Below are positions 1-10,200 of a stretch of 44,999 bases of DNA, piece by piece. Source of the stretch: a virus (Duplodnaviria > Caudoviricetes); IMG/VR virus record IMGVR_UViG_3300035321_000146, positions 1 through 44,999 of that record. The stretch is one strand, 5' to 3'. Position 1 is the first letter of the stretch, and each line of letters begins with the position of its first letter. The translations under genes and the position numbers were made by a program. The notes beneath the pieces were generated by a model that was given only the letters and a program-made list of their open reading frames with translations, was not told where the DNA came from and did no database searches.

Positions 1-239
1 GGCATAAACCATTCACTTTGACATACACCGTCAAAAGTCTTTTGATCTACATCTAATGGGATATACTTTTGTAGTTTGTCAAAGCCTTGTTCTTCCATAG
101 CAGCATTGAACTTATCTATATCATCTGATTCTTCGCATAGAACTACGTGGCATTTTTCTACATTGCCACTATAAATCATATCTATAAGATCGTGATTCGT
201 AAATCTCGGAACACCGAGAGAGTCTGTTTTCATAAGCAT
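1..239 (-). CDS. Partial ORF running off the window (MLMKTDSLGVPRF...QSEWFMP); probably the N-terminal part of a phage split DnaE (Pol III alpha)-like protein
   Basis: Open frame read by hand from ATG 239, with a sigma70 promoter just upstream. The W-F-M-P motif recalls phage DnaE-fragment proteins, but the diagnostic GRGS motif would lie outside the window. Confidence 0.45.
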   Translation of the reverse strand, partial: MLMKTDSLGVPRFTNHDLIDMIYSGNVEKCHVVLCEESDDIDKFNAAMEEQGFDKLQKYIPLDVDQKTFDGVCQSEWFM

Positions 240-245
240 ACTCTT

Positions 246-274
246 ATTTTAGTTTATATTTATTAATTTGTCAA
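246..274 (-). promoter_or_regulatory. sigma70-type promoter TTGACA-N17-TAAAAT
   Basis: -35 at 274-269, -10 at 251-246, ATG 6 nt downstream. Confidence 0.7.
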
Positions 275-503
275 GAGGAGATTCTTCAGAATCGTGTGTT
301 TGTTGTGCTTTTAATTGCTCACTAGCAATTCTACTATGTAATTCTACTTTATAGATATCAATAAATGTAACAATTTGATCCTGCATTGCTGGATTTGCCG
401 CAGACATTTGGTATTTACGTGATAATTCTGCAACTTTTAATTCTAGTTCGTTTATACTATATTCTGCTAAGTCTTTTTGAAAAGGACTAAACACTATATT
501 CAC
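249..503 (-). CDS. Hypothetical protein (84 aa)
   Basis: ORF track; overlaps the end of the upstream gene in the same minus-strand run. Confidence 0.65.
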   Translation of the reverse strand: MNIVFSPFQKDLAEYSINELELKVAELSRKYQMSAANPAMQDQIVTFIDIYKVELHSRIASEQLKAQQTHDSEESPLDKLININ

Positions 504-1098
504 CTGTTATTGTAGCAAATGTTGTAAGCCCGCCGTCATTACTTTCAAACTCTATTATAATAAATTTATTATTATCATCAGCATTCAGTTCAAAGTCTGC
601 CCATAGTGCATTTCCGTCGTTATATAAAACATTACCGGCACCCACATCCCAAGTTAGGACAGGCTTTGCTGCGGCCGCTGCTGCTAGTGTAGGATCCATT
701 TGAACTAATACTTTCATTACACTGTGTGCTGGCGTAGAAGATGCTCCTGGCAGGTTTCTAATTTGTAGTGTACAATTAGCAGAAAATGTTAATTGATAAT
801 AAGCAGCTTCTTCAAAGTCTAAAGTCTTTGTAGATGTTGTATTACTTACAGCACCAATTTGTGCATTTTCAGATATTTGCACTAAATTTGCATTTACAAT
901 ATTATTACCTGCATGATTATTTGCTTCGTCAGTTTTTGCAGTATGGTCTTGCAAAGTAGCAATGTAGCCAGCTGCACCAGTTAAGCTATCTTTAATTGCT
1001 GAAAAATTATTTCTAAAACCTTGACTATCATTATCCTGTCCAGCTACTGGAAAGGCAATGTCAACGCTTCCTGGTGTTATGTTAGTTGTATCACTCAC
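487..1098 (-). CDS. Putative virion baseplate/tail protein
   Basis: N-terminal FPVAGQDNDSQGFRNNF motif typical of phage structural proteins; GGAG Shine-Dalgarno; TATAAATA upstream. Confidence 0.7.
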   Translation of the reverse strand: MSDTTNITPGSVDIAFPVAGQDNDSQGFRNNFSAIKDSLTGAAGYIATLQDHTAKTDEANNHAGNNIVNANLVQISENAQIGAVSNTTSTKTLDFEEAAYYQLTFSANCTLQIRNLPGASSTPAHSVMKVLVQMDPTLAAAAAAKPVLTWDVGAGNVLYNDGNALWADFELNADDNNKFIIIEFESNDGGLTTFATITGEYSV

Positions 1099-1116
1099 TT
1101 TATTGCTCCTTACATA

Positions 1117-1124
1117 TATTTATA
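1117..1124 (-). promoter_or_regulatory. T4-type late promoter TATAAATA
   Basis: Exact T4 gp55 late consensus upstream of a structural gene. Confidence 0.6.
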
Positions 1125-1128
1125 TGTT

Positions 1129-3639
1129 TTATACATTTGATTCATTTCTTGTGAACAGTATGTACTGATCATCTTCTTTTTCTAATGTTCCTGTTATTAG
1201 ATAACGGTCTACATCTAAGTTTAACTTTTTAAAGTCAAATTGACTGTTTTTAATTGCAGCTTTGATATTTATTGCTTCTCCTACTTTACAGTAACAAAGT
1301 GGTATGCATAATGTAAATCCTGGATATGCTATTGTTCCTGGTTGTTGACTACGCATCCATAACGGTAAAAACTCATTATCAGTGTCACCAACTTCACGTA
1401 AACGTTTACGCATATTTCTTGTATTTGATATAAAACGTTCTCTACGATTAGTATCACTTACACGCACTAGATCGCTATCAGTTTTAATTGTATTTCCATT
1501 TGGTCTAAATCTAAATGGCGCACTGTCATTTTCTTTAGTTTCTACTGTAACATCACTGTTGCGTCCTTCAATAACTAAATTGCCATTGTTGTCAAACTTA
1601 TCAATAACACTTGTGCCGTCACGTTGTATAACTTCAATACCACCGTTACTCTGTTCAACTTGTCTTACACCGCCACTGTCTATTGTTAGTTCTATTACGT
1701 TATCGCCTTCGCCTACTGCGCTAGAATCCATTAATGTGCTATACTCTACACTATCAGCTGTAATTGCACGTTGCACCCAATTAGTAAAACTATTTGCAGT
1801 TTTCTTATCACCGGTGTTATCTGGGTCAACTACATTTACATACACAACTTCATAGATTGCATCATCTGTGCCGGGTGTATATGCTATAGCTGTTTCAACA
1901 GTGCCAAATAGGTATTTCTTTCTTTTGTGATTTCTTCCTGCTGCTGCAACATATCTTTCTAAATTTTGTTTTTCAATGCCTGCATATAACAGCATCTTAA
2001 TATCACGCTGTGTACCAAATGCAGGATCGTTTGGTCTGTATAGTTTTGTAACATCAAAAATATCGCCGTTGTTTATAAAACTTTTAAATAAACTACGTTC
2101 ACTTTGTTTAAGCATTGGCTTTAGATATAAGTCTGTATACAGCGTTCCGTTTGGATCATTGATAACGATTTTAAATTCTTTTGTAACAGCACTGTAACCT
2201 AGTTTGTCTTTTGCTTCTATTGTAAACGTATATGACCTATCAAATGTAGTTACACCTTTATCAAAGGTTGTCTTGCTACTATCAAAAATAACTAAACCAC
2301 CTTCAGTTGCATTTGCAAATTGTCTTACATTTCCTATTATTTCGCCTCTAGGATCTAATCTTAGTCCCGGAGGTAAAGATCCTGATTTTATTTCATAATA
2401 AATCCAATTACTAGGCAGTGTTGTGTTAGCTTGGACCTTTAACATACTTAATGCGTTAGCATTAATTTTACCTAACAGTGTAGGACTCTTCCAAGTTATA
2501 ACACTTTCAATCTCGCCTAATATTTTAACTGTGAAAGTTTTATCTTTAAATGATTCTTCTGGTGTACCTTGTCTTATAGCTCTTAAAGTAAACTTATATT
2601 CTTTTGTTACAGCCGGCTGATAAGGAACACGCCCTGCAATCTCTCCGTCTACTGAGTCTAAGCTCATACCAGGAGGAAGTGTGCTTGTTGATCCATCAGG
2701 ATTAGTAGGACGTAACTCATATCCAATATCACCTGCTACATTAACAGGATCTAAAGTTTCAAAGAATAGTGTAATATAATTATTTGCTCTGCGTATTCCT
2801 ATGTCTGCAGGAGTAAGCCAAATAGGCGTTCTTACATAAGTGTTATCTGCTGTAAATATACCTGTGCCAACTTGCATAATTGTGTTATCGGCACGTAAGT
2901 AATCATCGCCAACAAGATAAATTATAAACTTGCGTTTCTCTACTGTATCGCCGTCGGATACACTTACTATAAATTCATAATATCTATTAAGTTTACGTGG
3001 AACTTTTGTTCTAATACTGTAATCATATAGTTCAACATCATAGTAAAAACTCGAGTACCCATTATGACTTCTTACACTAAAGTCAAATGCATATGCTCCG
3101 TATCCTTGTGTGTCATAACCACCGTCACCAGCATCTTTATCTAGTGCAAGTAAAGGTTCAACAACACCTACTAATTGCCCTTCTGGTAATAAACGCACTC
3201 CTGGAGGCAACACACCGTCACCATCCTCAATCCAATACTCTAACCGTTCACCTGTTGGAATATCAGGGTCAATAACTTGTAAATGAAAATCAACAGGTTG
3301 ACTATCTAAGATAAAGTACTGGTTATTTGGACCAATTTGCAAAGTACCTTGAGGTGTTACCCATACAGGAGCATCAGCACCTTCTATTGTAATAGTGTAT
3401 GACCTATCCTCAAAGTCTTCTGTTCCTGAAGCACGTAGACAAAAAGTAAAATCAGTTGTTCTTGCAACTTCGTAGGGTGTTCCTACAATGCTTGTATCGT
3501 CAAGTCGTAATCCCGGAGGTATATTTCCACTAATTTGTACAATATTATTTGTGTTTACAGGCAGTGCAATATCAAGAGTAGTGCCTTCCTGATATGTACC
3601 TAAATTTGTACCTGTTTCAGCTGTCCAGTACATATGCAC
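1129..3639 (-). CDS. Putative baseplate wedge-like protein with repeated Ig-like (He_PIG-type) domains
   Basis: Four LPPG(L/V/M)xL...G..G repeats, each followed by F.i.a beta strands; structural gene context. Confidence 0.7.
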   Translation of the reverse strand: MHMYWTAETGTNLGTYQEGTTLDIALPVNTNNIVQISGNIPPGLRLDDTSIVGTPYEVARTTDFTFCLRASGTEDFEDRSYTITIEGADAPVWVTPQGTLQIGPNNQYFILDSQPVDFHLQVIDPDIPTGERLEYWIEDGDGVLPPGVRLLPEGQLVGVVEPLLALDKDAGDGGYDTQGYGAYAFDFSVRSHNGYSSFYYDVELYDYSIRTKVPRKLNRYYEFIVSVSDGDTVEKRKFIIYLVGDDYLRADNTIMQVGTGIFTADNTYVRTPIWLTPADIGIRRANNYITLFFETLDPVNVAGDIGYELRPTNPDGSTSTLPPGMSLDSVDGEIAGRVPYQPAVTKEYKFTLRAIRQGTPEESFKDKTFTVKILGEIESVITWKSPTLLGKINANALSMLKVQANTTLPSNWIYYEIKSGSLPPGLRLDPRGEIIGNVRQFANATEGGLVIFDSSKTTFDKGVTTFDRSYTFTIEAKDKLGYSAVTKEFKIVINDPNGTLYTDLYLKPMLKQSERSLFKSFINNGDIFDVTKLYRPNDPAFGTQRDIKMLLYAGIEKQNLERYVAAAGRNHKRKKYLFGTVETAIAYTPGTDDAIYEVVYVNVVDPDNTGDKKTANSFTNWVQRAITADSVEYSTLMDSSAVGEGDNVIELTIDSGGVRQVEQSNGGIEVIQRDGTSVIDKFDNNGNLVIEGRNSDVTVETKENDSAPFRFRPNGNTIKTDSDLVRVSDTNRRERFISNTRNMRKRLREVGDTDNEFLPLWMRSQQPGTIAYPGFTLCIPLCYCKVGEAINIKAAIKNSQFDFKKLNLDVDRYLITGTLEKEDDQYILFTRNESNV

Positions 3640-3641
3640 TC

Positions 3642-4391
3642 CTATACTATTGTGCCAAAGTCTAATACTCTTCCGTCGGGTGATTCAATTGTGCCAAAGT
3701 CTACATTTGCAGTTTGTACTAGCCAATCTAGCAATCTAGGTGCTGCACCTGTTGCACTACCAAAGTCAAAGTTTAATGGATCAATTAAAACATTAAAATC
3801 ACGCACGTCGATGCCATATACATTACCTGCTAATGGCCCGTTAAATTGTGTTCCAGTTATTGTACCACCGTTATTTACATCGTGAAAGTTTGCATCTAGA
3901 TTTCCACCTAATGTAGGTGTTGTATCTGCTTTTAGTTTTGGATTTATACGGAATTCAATCTCTCCACTATCACCATTATAGCTTATGAATACTTGATCAA
4001 CTCCGGGTGCAATAGCATCTGGATATGGTACGCCTTTAAGGTGTATTATTTGATTAGCAATACTATCTTCTAATAAATCTGTACCACTGTTAGTTACAAA
4101 TCTCCAATCACCACCAATTGCATCAATAGATATATTTTCATCTTGCTCCTCAACTATTATACGTTGCCCTGGAGCTGGCTTTATACGTCTAAACTGAAGA
4201 TCATATCCTAATTTTTGTTTAAACACATCAGCACCTGTGCCTGCATCGCCTACATTACTTGCAGATGTTTGTTCGTCATTACGTAGGTCTAAGTCTTCAA
4301 AGTTTTGATTTACTTTAACAAACGCTTCTCGGAGATCATCACCGGTTCCGTCGTTTGCAAAGTTACCTAAGTTAATTAAATTTACAGCCAT
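3642..4391 (-). CDS. Baseplate/tail fibre connector protein with T4 gp9/gp10-like N-terminus
   Basis: NDGTGDDLREAFVKVNQNF motif. Confidence 0.7.
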   Translation of the reverse strand: MAVNLINLGNFANDGTGDDLREAFVKVNQNFEDLDLRNDEQTSASNVGDAGTGADVFKQKLGYDLQFRRIKPAPGQRIIVEEQDENISIDAIGGDWRFVTNSGTDLLEDSIANQIIHLKGVPYPDAIAPGVDQVFISYNGDSGEIEFRINPKLKADTTPTLGGNLDANFHDVNNGGTITGTQFNGPLAGNVYGIDVRDFNVLIDPLNFDFGSATGAAPRLLDWLVQTANVDFGTIESPDGRVLDFGTIV

Positions 4392-4402
4392 TTATTTCTC
4401 CA

Positions 4403-5632
4403 TTAAGCCACTGATGATAAGTTTGTCCAAATTGCGCCATCGTAAAATACAACATATGGTCTAGAACCTCCTGATGTAAGCGGATCCCAATTTGTTTTGT
4501 CTGCAACACAAATCATTCCTGCGGTTGGACTTGCAGGCTCTGCTGATAATGGCGTTAGTGACATTATATCTGTTACTACACCTACTGATGTTACAGAGGC
4601 TTTAGTTGCACTTCCAATTTGTAGTTGAATTTCATTTGTTGCATCTAGGACAATATTAGTTGCACTTTCTAAAGTTGGTGTACCTGTTCCGTTACTTACA
4701 AAGTCCGTTGCTGTTACTGTACCAGTTACTGTAATGTTACCTGTGCCTGTAACATTGTTACTATTAAGATCTAAGTCGCCACCTAGTTGCGGTGTAGTAT
4801 CACTTGATACTTCTGCGATACCTCCGCCTCCGCCTGCAATAGTTTCAAATGTAAAACTACCTGCGCCATCAGTCATTAAAAACTGTCCATTAACACCTTC
4901 TACTATACCTAAGTCTGTTAACGCTGCGGTAATACCGTATCCTGATAGTGTATTAGGTTTTCCTGTAAGGCTTGCAAAAGTGCCGTCAAACGCATCTGTA
5001 ATACCATAACCTGCTACTGTAGTAGGTGTACTTGTTAGATCTGCAAATGCTACACTTGTTAAGTAGCCAGCTGCACTGTGATCGCCCCAACTATAGGCTG
5101 TATCCCAATTAGTTGCTTCAGTACCTGATACTACACTACTTGGTACATTTCCATTTACTCCGTCTACGAGTAATGTACTATTATCTGCAAAAACACTACC
5201 TTGTAAATCACCTGTAGGGTTAACAGTTATTTCTCCTGTTACATCTGCAAGTGTAATAAAGTTAGTATCGTTATTCAGCGAGCTAAGGTTGCCTCCAGGT
5301 TGTATTGCACTGTCGGCTTTTTGTCCTTGTACTATTGTAGCAGCATCAGTAATTCCGTAGCCTGCTAGTGTAGTAGGTTTACTAGTTATATCATTAAAGT
5401 CTCTACTAATTGTAAGCCCAATGTCGTTAGTTAAATCACTTAACTGTGTAGGAGCATTTGGTATGTCTGCATAGGTAACTGCTGCACCTAGCGAGCCTCC
5501 GTTTATAGTAATTGATGTAGCAGATATATGATCCGCTCCAACTATACTTGATCCAGTTAAATCTAGATCATCGATGCTAGGTAGTTCACGTATTTCATTT
5601 GAACTTAATACTAACGGAAATCTATTTGCCAT
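4403..5632 (-). CDS. Tail fibre protein
   Basis: Three fibre repeats (KPTTLAGYGITDA, TPTTVAGYGITDA, KPNTLSGYGITAA); PQLGGDLDLN motif; Gly/Thr-rich. Confidence 0.75.
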   Translation of the reverse strand: MANRFPLVLSSNEIRELPSIDDLDLTGSSIVGADHISATSITINGGSLGAAVTYADIPNAPTQLSDLTNDIGLTISRDFNDITSKPTTLAGYGITDAATIVQGQKADSAIQPGGNLSSLNNDTNFITLADVTGEITVNPTGDLQGSVFADNSTLLVDGVNGNVPSSVVSGTEATNWDTAYSWGDHSAAGYLTSVAFADLTSTPTTVAGYGITDAFDGTFASLTGKPNTLSGYGITAALTDLGIVEGVNGQFLMTDGAGSFTFETIAGGGGGIAEVSSDTTPQLGGDLDLNSNNVTGTGNITVTGTVTATDFVSNGTGTPTLESATNIVLDATNEIQLQIGSATKASVTSVGVVTDIMSLTPLSAEPASPTAGMICVADKTNWDPLTSGGSRPYVVFYDGAIWTNLSSVA

Positions 5633-5655
5633 GTTTGTTCCTAACTTTTATATAT

Positions 5656-7218
5656 TTATTTTCTAAGATTAATTGCCGCATTGTTTACCGCCATCCCATT
5701 TTTAACTGTACCGTCTTGTGCTACTCCAAACTTGTTAAAGAGCATCCTATTTCCACTACCAAATAAACCATTCGTTACATTATAAGTGCTAGTAGTAGGT
5801 TCGTAAATAACATCTTTAGAATCTGCTTGAATAGCCGTCCTTAGTTGATCCATATTCCATTTGGGATTAATTTGTAAATACAAACTAGACAGTCCGGCTA
5901 CCTGCGGACTTGCCATACTAGTTCCACCTATGTTAACTTGTTTGTAATTACTATCTTTATGATAAGCGACAGCATTCATTACGTTTGTGTTACTACATGC
6001 ACTCATTATATTGTGTCCAGGCGCCCATATATTTACACCTGGTCCGCTAAGGCTTGTAGATCTTTTTTCATCTGCGGTTCCGTTTAGTGAAGTATCTGTA
6101 ATACTGCCTACTATAAATGCTTGATCGTCGAAAGGACTGCTACCTCTATGGTAAGGTGTAGTTACGCTAGAAAATCCTTGCACTGTACCTGTTACAGTAT
6201 TATTATAATCATCACCACCTGCAACATCAGCTTTTAAATAATGGTTTCCAGATGCTATGCAAACTATAATTCCTGCATCTATCATTTCTTGGATTTGCGT
6301 ATCTACTGATGATAAACGGATGCTGGCCTTCCAATTGCCGAAAACCCATGGGCCAACGCCGTAGTCTCTATATACAGTTGAATCATTTGAGTAACCCCAT
6401 CCATTGCCTCGATAGTTTCCATTAGTGACTTGCGTATATGTCCTTGTATATCCCCAACTCATATTTATAATAGTTGGTCTGCCATTTGTCTTTGCATTGT
6501 GCCATGCAATTATAGTATCTGTACAGTTGTCTAAACTAATACCTCCGTTAGGGTCAGAGCTACCTTCAAGTCCATCTAATTTTTGTGAATAAATGTGAGC
6601 ATTTTTACCCCAGCCGTATGTTTTACCAGCAGCTATACCTGCAACATGAGTGCCATGTCCATGATAATCTGAATAGTGTCCGCTAGGCATTGAACCACTG
6701 ACACCACTTGCTGTAAACCAATTAATTTGCTGTAGTCTAGAAGTTCCATCTGCATCTTCCCATTCTGGATGGTTTGCTTCTATACCGCTATCCTGTATAA
6801 CAATATCAACTCCTGTGCCATCAAGCACATAATCATAACCACCTGGCGCAGTATTTCCGTTGCCATAAATGTTAGTTGCTTCGTTTACTCTGCGTAAGCC
6901 CCAGTTTACATAAGAACCACTATCGCTTGTTGTTTGAGTAAAGTCTCCATCTTGGGTAGCAGTTCTTTCTAGTGTAATATCGTCTCTATTATACACAGGT
7001 TCCTCAACACCGTATATCCTATCGTCTGCTTCTAGTGCTGTAGCTTCTTCTTCTGTAAGCATAAAATGCGTTTGACGTTTAGATACAGGACGTTGGTTTG
7101 CAATGTCTACTGCTCTATTTGGTATCGGTCCTGAACCAGATGATGCAGTTAGTTCGGCTTCTACCTGTTCAAGGTCAACACCTCTATTTACTGATACAAC
7201 GTATTCTTTTTCGCTCAT
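5656..7218 (-). CDS. Subtilisin-like serine protease (peptidase S8), probably virion-associated
   Basis: Catalytic triad motifs IQDSG, HGTHVAG and GTSMASP; oxyanion Asn in ASGN; N-terminal propeptide-like region. Confidence 0.9.
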   Translation of the reverse strand: MSEKEYVVSVNRGVDLEQVEAELTASSGSGPIPNRAVDIANQRPVSKRQTHFMLTEEEATALEADDRIYGVEEPVYNRDDITLERTATQDGDFTQTTSDSGSYVNWGLRRVNEATNIYGNGNTAPGGYDYVLDGTGVDIVIQDSGIEANHPEWEDADGTSRLQQINWFTASGVSGSMPSGHYSDYHGHGTHVAGIAAGKTYGWGKNAHIYSQKLDGLEGSSDPNGGISLDNCTDTIIAWHNAKTNGRPTIINMSWGYTRTYTQVTNGNYRGNGWGYSNDSTVYRDYGVGPWVFGNWKASIRLSSVDTQIQEMIDAGIIVCIASGNHYLKADVAGGDDYNNTVTGTVQGFSSVTTPYHRGSSPFDDQAFIVGSITDTSLNGTADEKRSTSLSGPGVNIWAPGHNIMSACSNTNVMNAVAYHKDSNYKQVNIGGTSMASPQVAGLSSLYLQINPKWNMDQLRTAIQADSKDVIYEPTTSTYNVTNGLFGSGNRMLFNKFGVAQDGTVKNGMAVNNAAINLRK

Positions 7219-10200
7219 TAAACTCTTCCTACAACTACTTCAACAACACCTCTGTCGCCGTCTGTTTTGTTTGCTACTGCTTTACCTATAACTGTACCTA
7301 CGCCTGGATTATTATTAACTATAGCATAACCTGGTATAGCACTTGTTACTAACATATCGCCTTTTCGTACAGCACCAATCACCTTACACGGCACTCTACC
7401 TTGTAGTGCAAGTGCAATAACATTACTACCTTCTAATTTGCTATTCATTAAGTATGCAGGATCTGTTGAAACAACACCTGCTACTCTATGGTCACCTTTA
7501 ACATTAGTTACTGTGATTTCAGCATCACCGCCAAATACAACAACAGTTCCTGGTTCGTATGCTTCGTCACCTAGATAGTTTTCTGCCAAGTCAGCATATT
7601 GTGCAGATGTAGCAGTACCATCAAATGTTGTTGCATAAACAGTGTTAAATTTGTTGCTTGAAGTACCAATGTTATGTGCAGTACCACCTGTTACAATGTC
7701 ACCGCCTACTGTAATAGTTGTACCATCTAATCCTATTAGTTTAGTACCGCCTTTACTGTATATATTATGACTTGTGCCAGAGTAGTCTATAACAGTTACG
7801 CCGTCCATCCCAAAACTAGTACCAACAACTTCACCAGTACCGGTAGTCTTTACAACCTTATTAGCCTCACCTGTTGTAGTAAAGTCACCGCCATTGTCAA
7901 AAATATGTGCAAACGTTACTTCTTGCACAGGCCCATTAGCTACACCTGCTTCTCTTGCTAGAGCAGTACCTGCTGTGCTATCTTCAAGTTTTGCTCGTGT
8001 AATACCACCGTCTTGTATACTTGCCCAACCACTTGTTACATCAAACTGTGCTTCATCAAAACTTGCTAAACCACTAGCTGCTTGAATTTGCGCTGCTGTT
8101 CCTGTAGGTGCTGCCGCTGCTCCAGCTGCTAAGTTCATATTTAATTTAGACTGTTCAATTGCAGCATTTGCAGCAACATGGTTGTTGAATATTTTACCAT
8201 CTTCAATTGTAAGAGCTGCATAACTGTCTGGACCTGGTGCATTAGGACCGTTGCGTGTAACAGATATTGCAATATCACCGGCTGTTGTATCTACATGCAC
8301 GTTTGCATATTCATCTACAGGTATACCACCTGGACTTATAATCTGTGCATTCACACCGCCACTATAACTAACAGTGTCTGTGTTTGGAAACTGAGGACTT
8401 CCTGCGTCTAATTCGTATGTTAAAATAGTTCTAGCGTCACCTCTTATTAATGTATCTACAGCGTCAATTAGTACACCTGTTGCACCGCTACTAGTTGTTA
8501 ATGCTTCAGTAACATGATTTTCCCAGTCACCGTCAACAGTATTGTCAACTATAATTCTATAATAACCTGTAGCAACTAATAAGTCACCGCTTGTACTATT
8601 AACAATCTCCATGTTACGTAACTCTGTAAGCTCGTTATATGCTTCTAAGTTTGCATCAACATATGCTTTGTTTACAGCAACACTATCATCGTTATAGTCT
8701 GGGTCAATGTCGGGTACGTTAATAATATGGTTATCAAACATATTGAGTGAACCATCCATTGTACCGCCATCTAATTTTAAATATCCACCAAATGGACTTA
8801 ATGGATTAGGAACAGCAGAACCGTCTGCTGTAAACCCTAAGCGTCTGTTTACATATCCAACAACAGCACTCTGTGTTGGCGCAGCGTCTGTTGCATTATC
8901 TACCATTGCTGTATCTGTTAAGAACGCTGTAATAGCAACACCACGTTTAAAACCAATACCGTCTAAGTTACTTAGAGCAATACTTGCACTAAATGTAACT
9001 CTACCAGTACCTTGGTCAACTGTAAAGAATCTACCTACACGGAAGAAACCATCTTGATCTGTACTTACATAGAACACTCGTCCTTCTGTACGCTCTTCAA
9101 CTTCTCGTGCTTGACTATTTTGTATTACTGGTTCCCCAAGTACAACATTAGGATAGTTACTATCATTATAGCTACCAGTACCAATGTCAAGGAAGTCATG
9201 TCCTGTTGCACGACAGGTTGAAATCTTAAATGTAATTGTTGCATTTGTTACTTCAGTTGTAAGTGCAGTATCAACCTTACCTTGCAAGCCAGCTCGTAAT
9301 GTAATGTCATAATCTGCTCTTGTTAAAGTTGCACCTAATCCTGTTGCACCTGTTTGTGAGCCAACGCTATCTCCTGCATACCTTTGTATTTTGACAGTTG
9401 CAAACCCAGTTCTTTCAACATACTCAAATACTTCATAAATTTGTCCTGCCCACCCAAATATATAAGGTGCTTGTCTTACTTGTCCTGATCCTAAAACAGG
9501 CTGTTCGGCAAGTGCAGTAAGAGCGTTATTATTCAATCTATCAATATCATCTTGTGAACTTAGTATTTCTATAGCTATCATTGTATCGCCAGCTGCTGCG
9601 CCCATTGTGCCAGGATCGCTATCAGCATTTGCATTACCTATTTCACTTTGCTTTACTGCAAGCCTAAGATAATCAAATGTCTGGTCAATAGTAACAATAG
9701 TTTCGTCTGCATTTGTAAGCGCAACACCAGTACCATCTGTAACACCAAATGCAACAGATCTATAAGTAAAGCCTACATACTCGTCTGTAAACTTAACAGC
9801 AGTTGAAGGTCTAATAGGTTGCACTTCTCTAACACCGTCAAATTTAAAGTTTTGATTACAACGTATTGTTACAGGGTCACCTAATGTAGGTTCAACTTTA
9901 AGACCAGTATCACTTGTGCCACCTGTTCCTGCTGTACTAAAATTAATTTTATAGACATTAGTATTTCTAGCATTACTCCCTACAATTAAAGGATCACTAT
10001 TAGTAATGTTTTCTATTGTAACAATTTCATACCGTGTAAGGCCAATTAGTCCACCGTGATCAATTTCAATTTCGCCTCTAGCATGTGGTGTATATAACGG
10101 GCCTGTTACATATATGTATAGTTGATCTACAGGATTAGTATATACTCCACCGTTACTAAACACTTCTGCTTGCTGTACGAAGCTATCAATCAATCCAACT

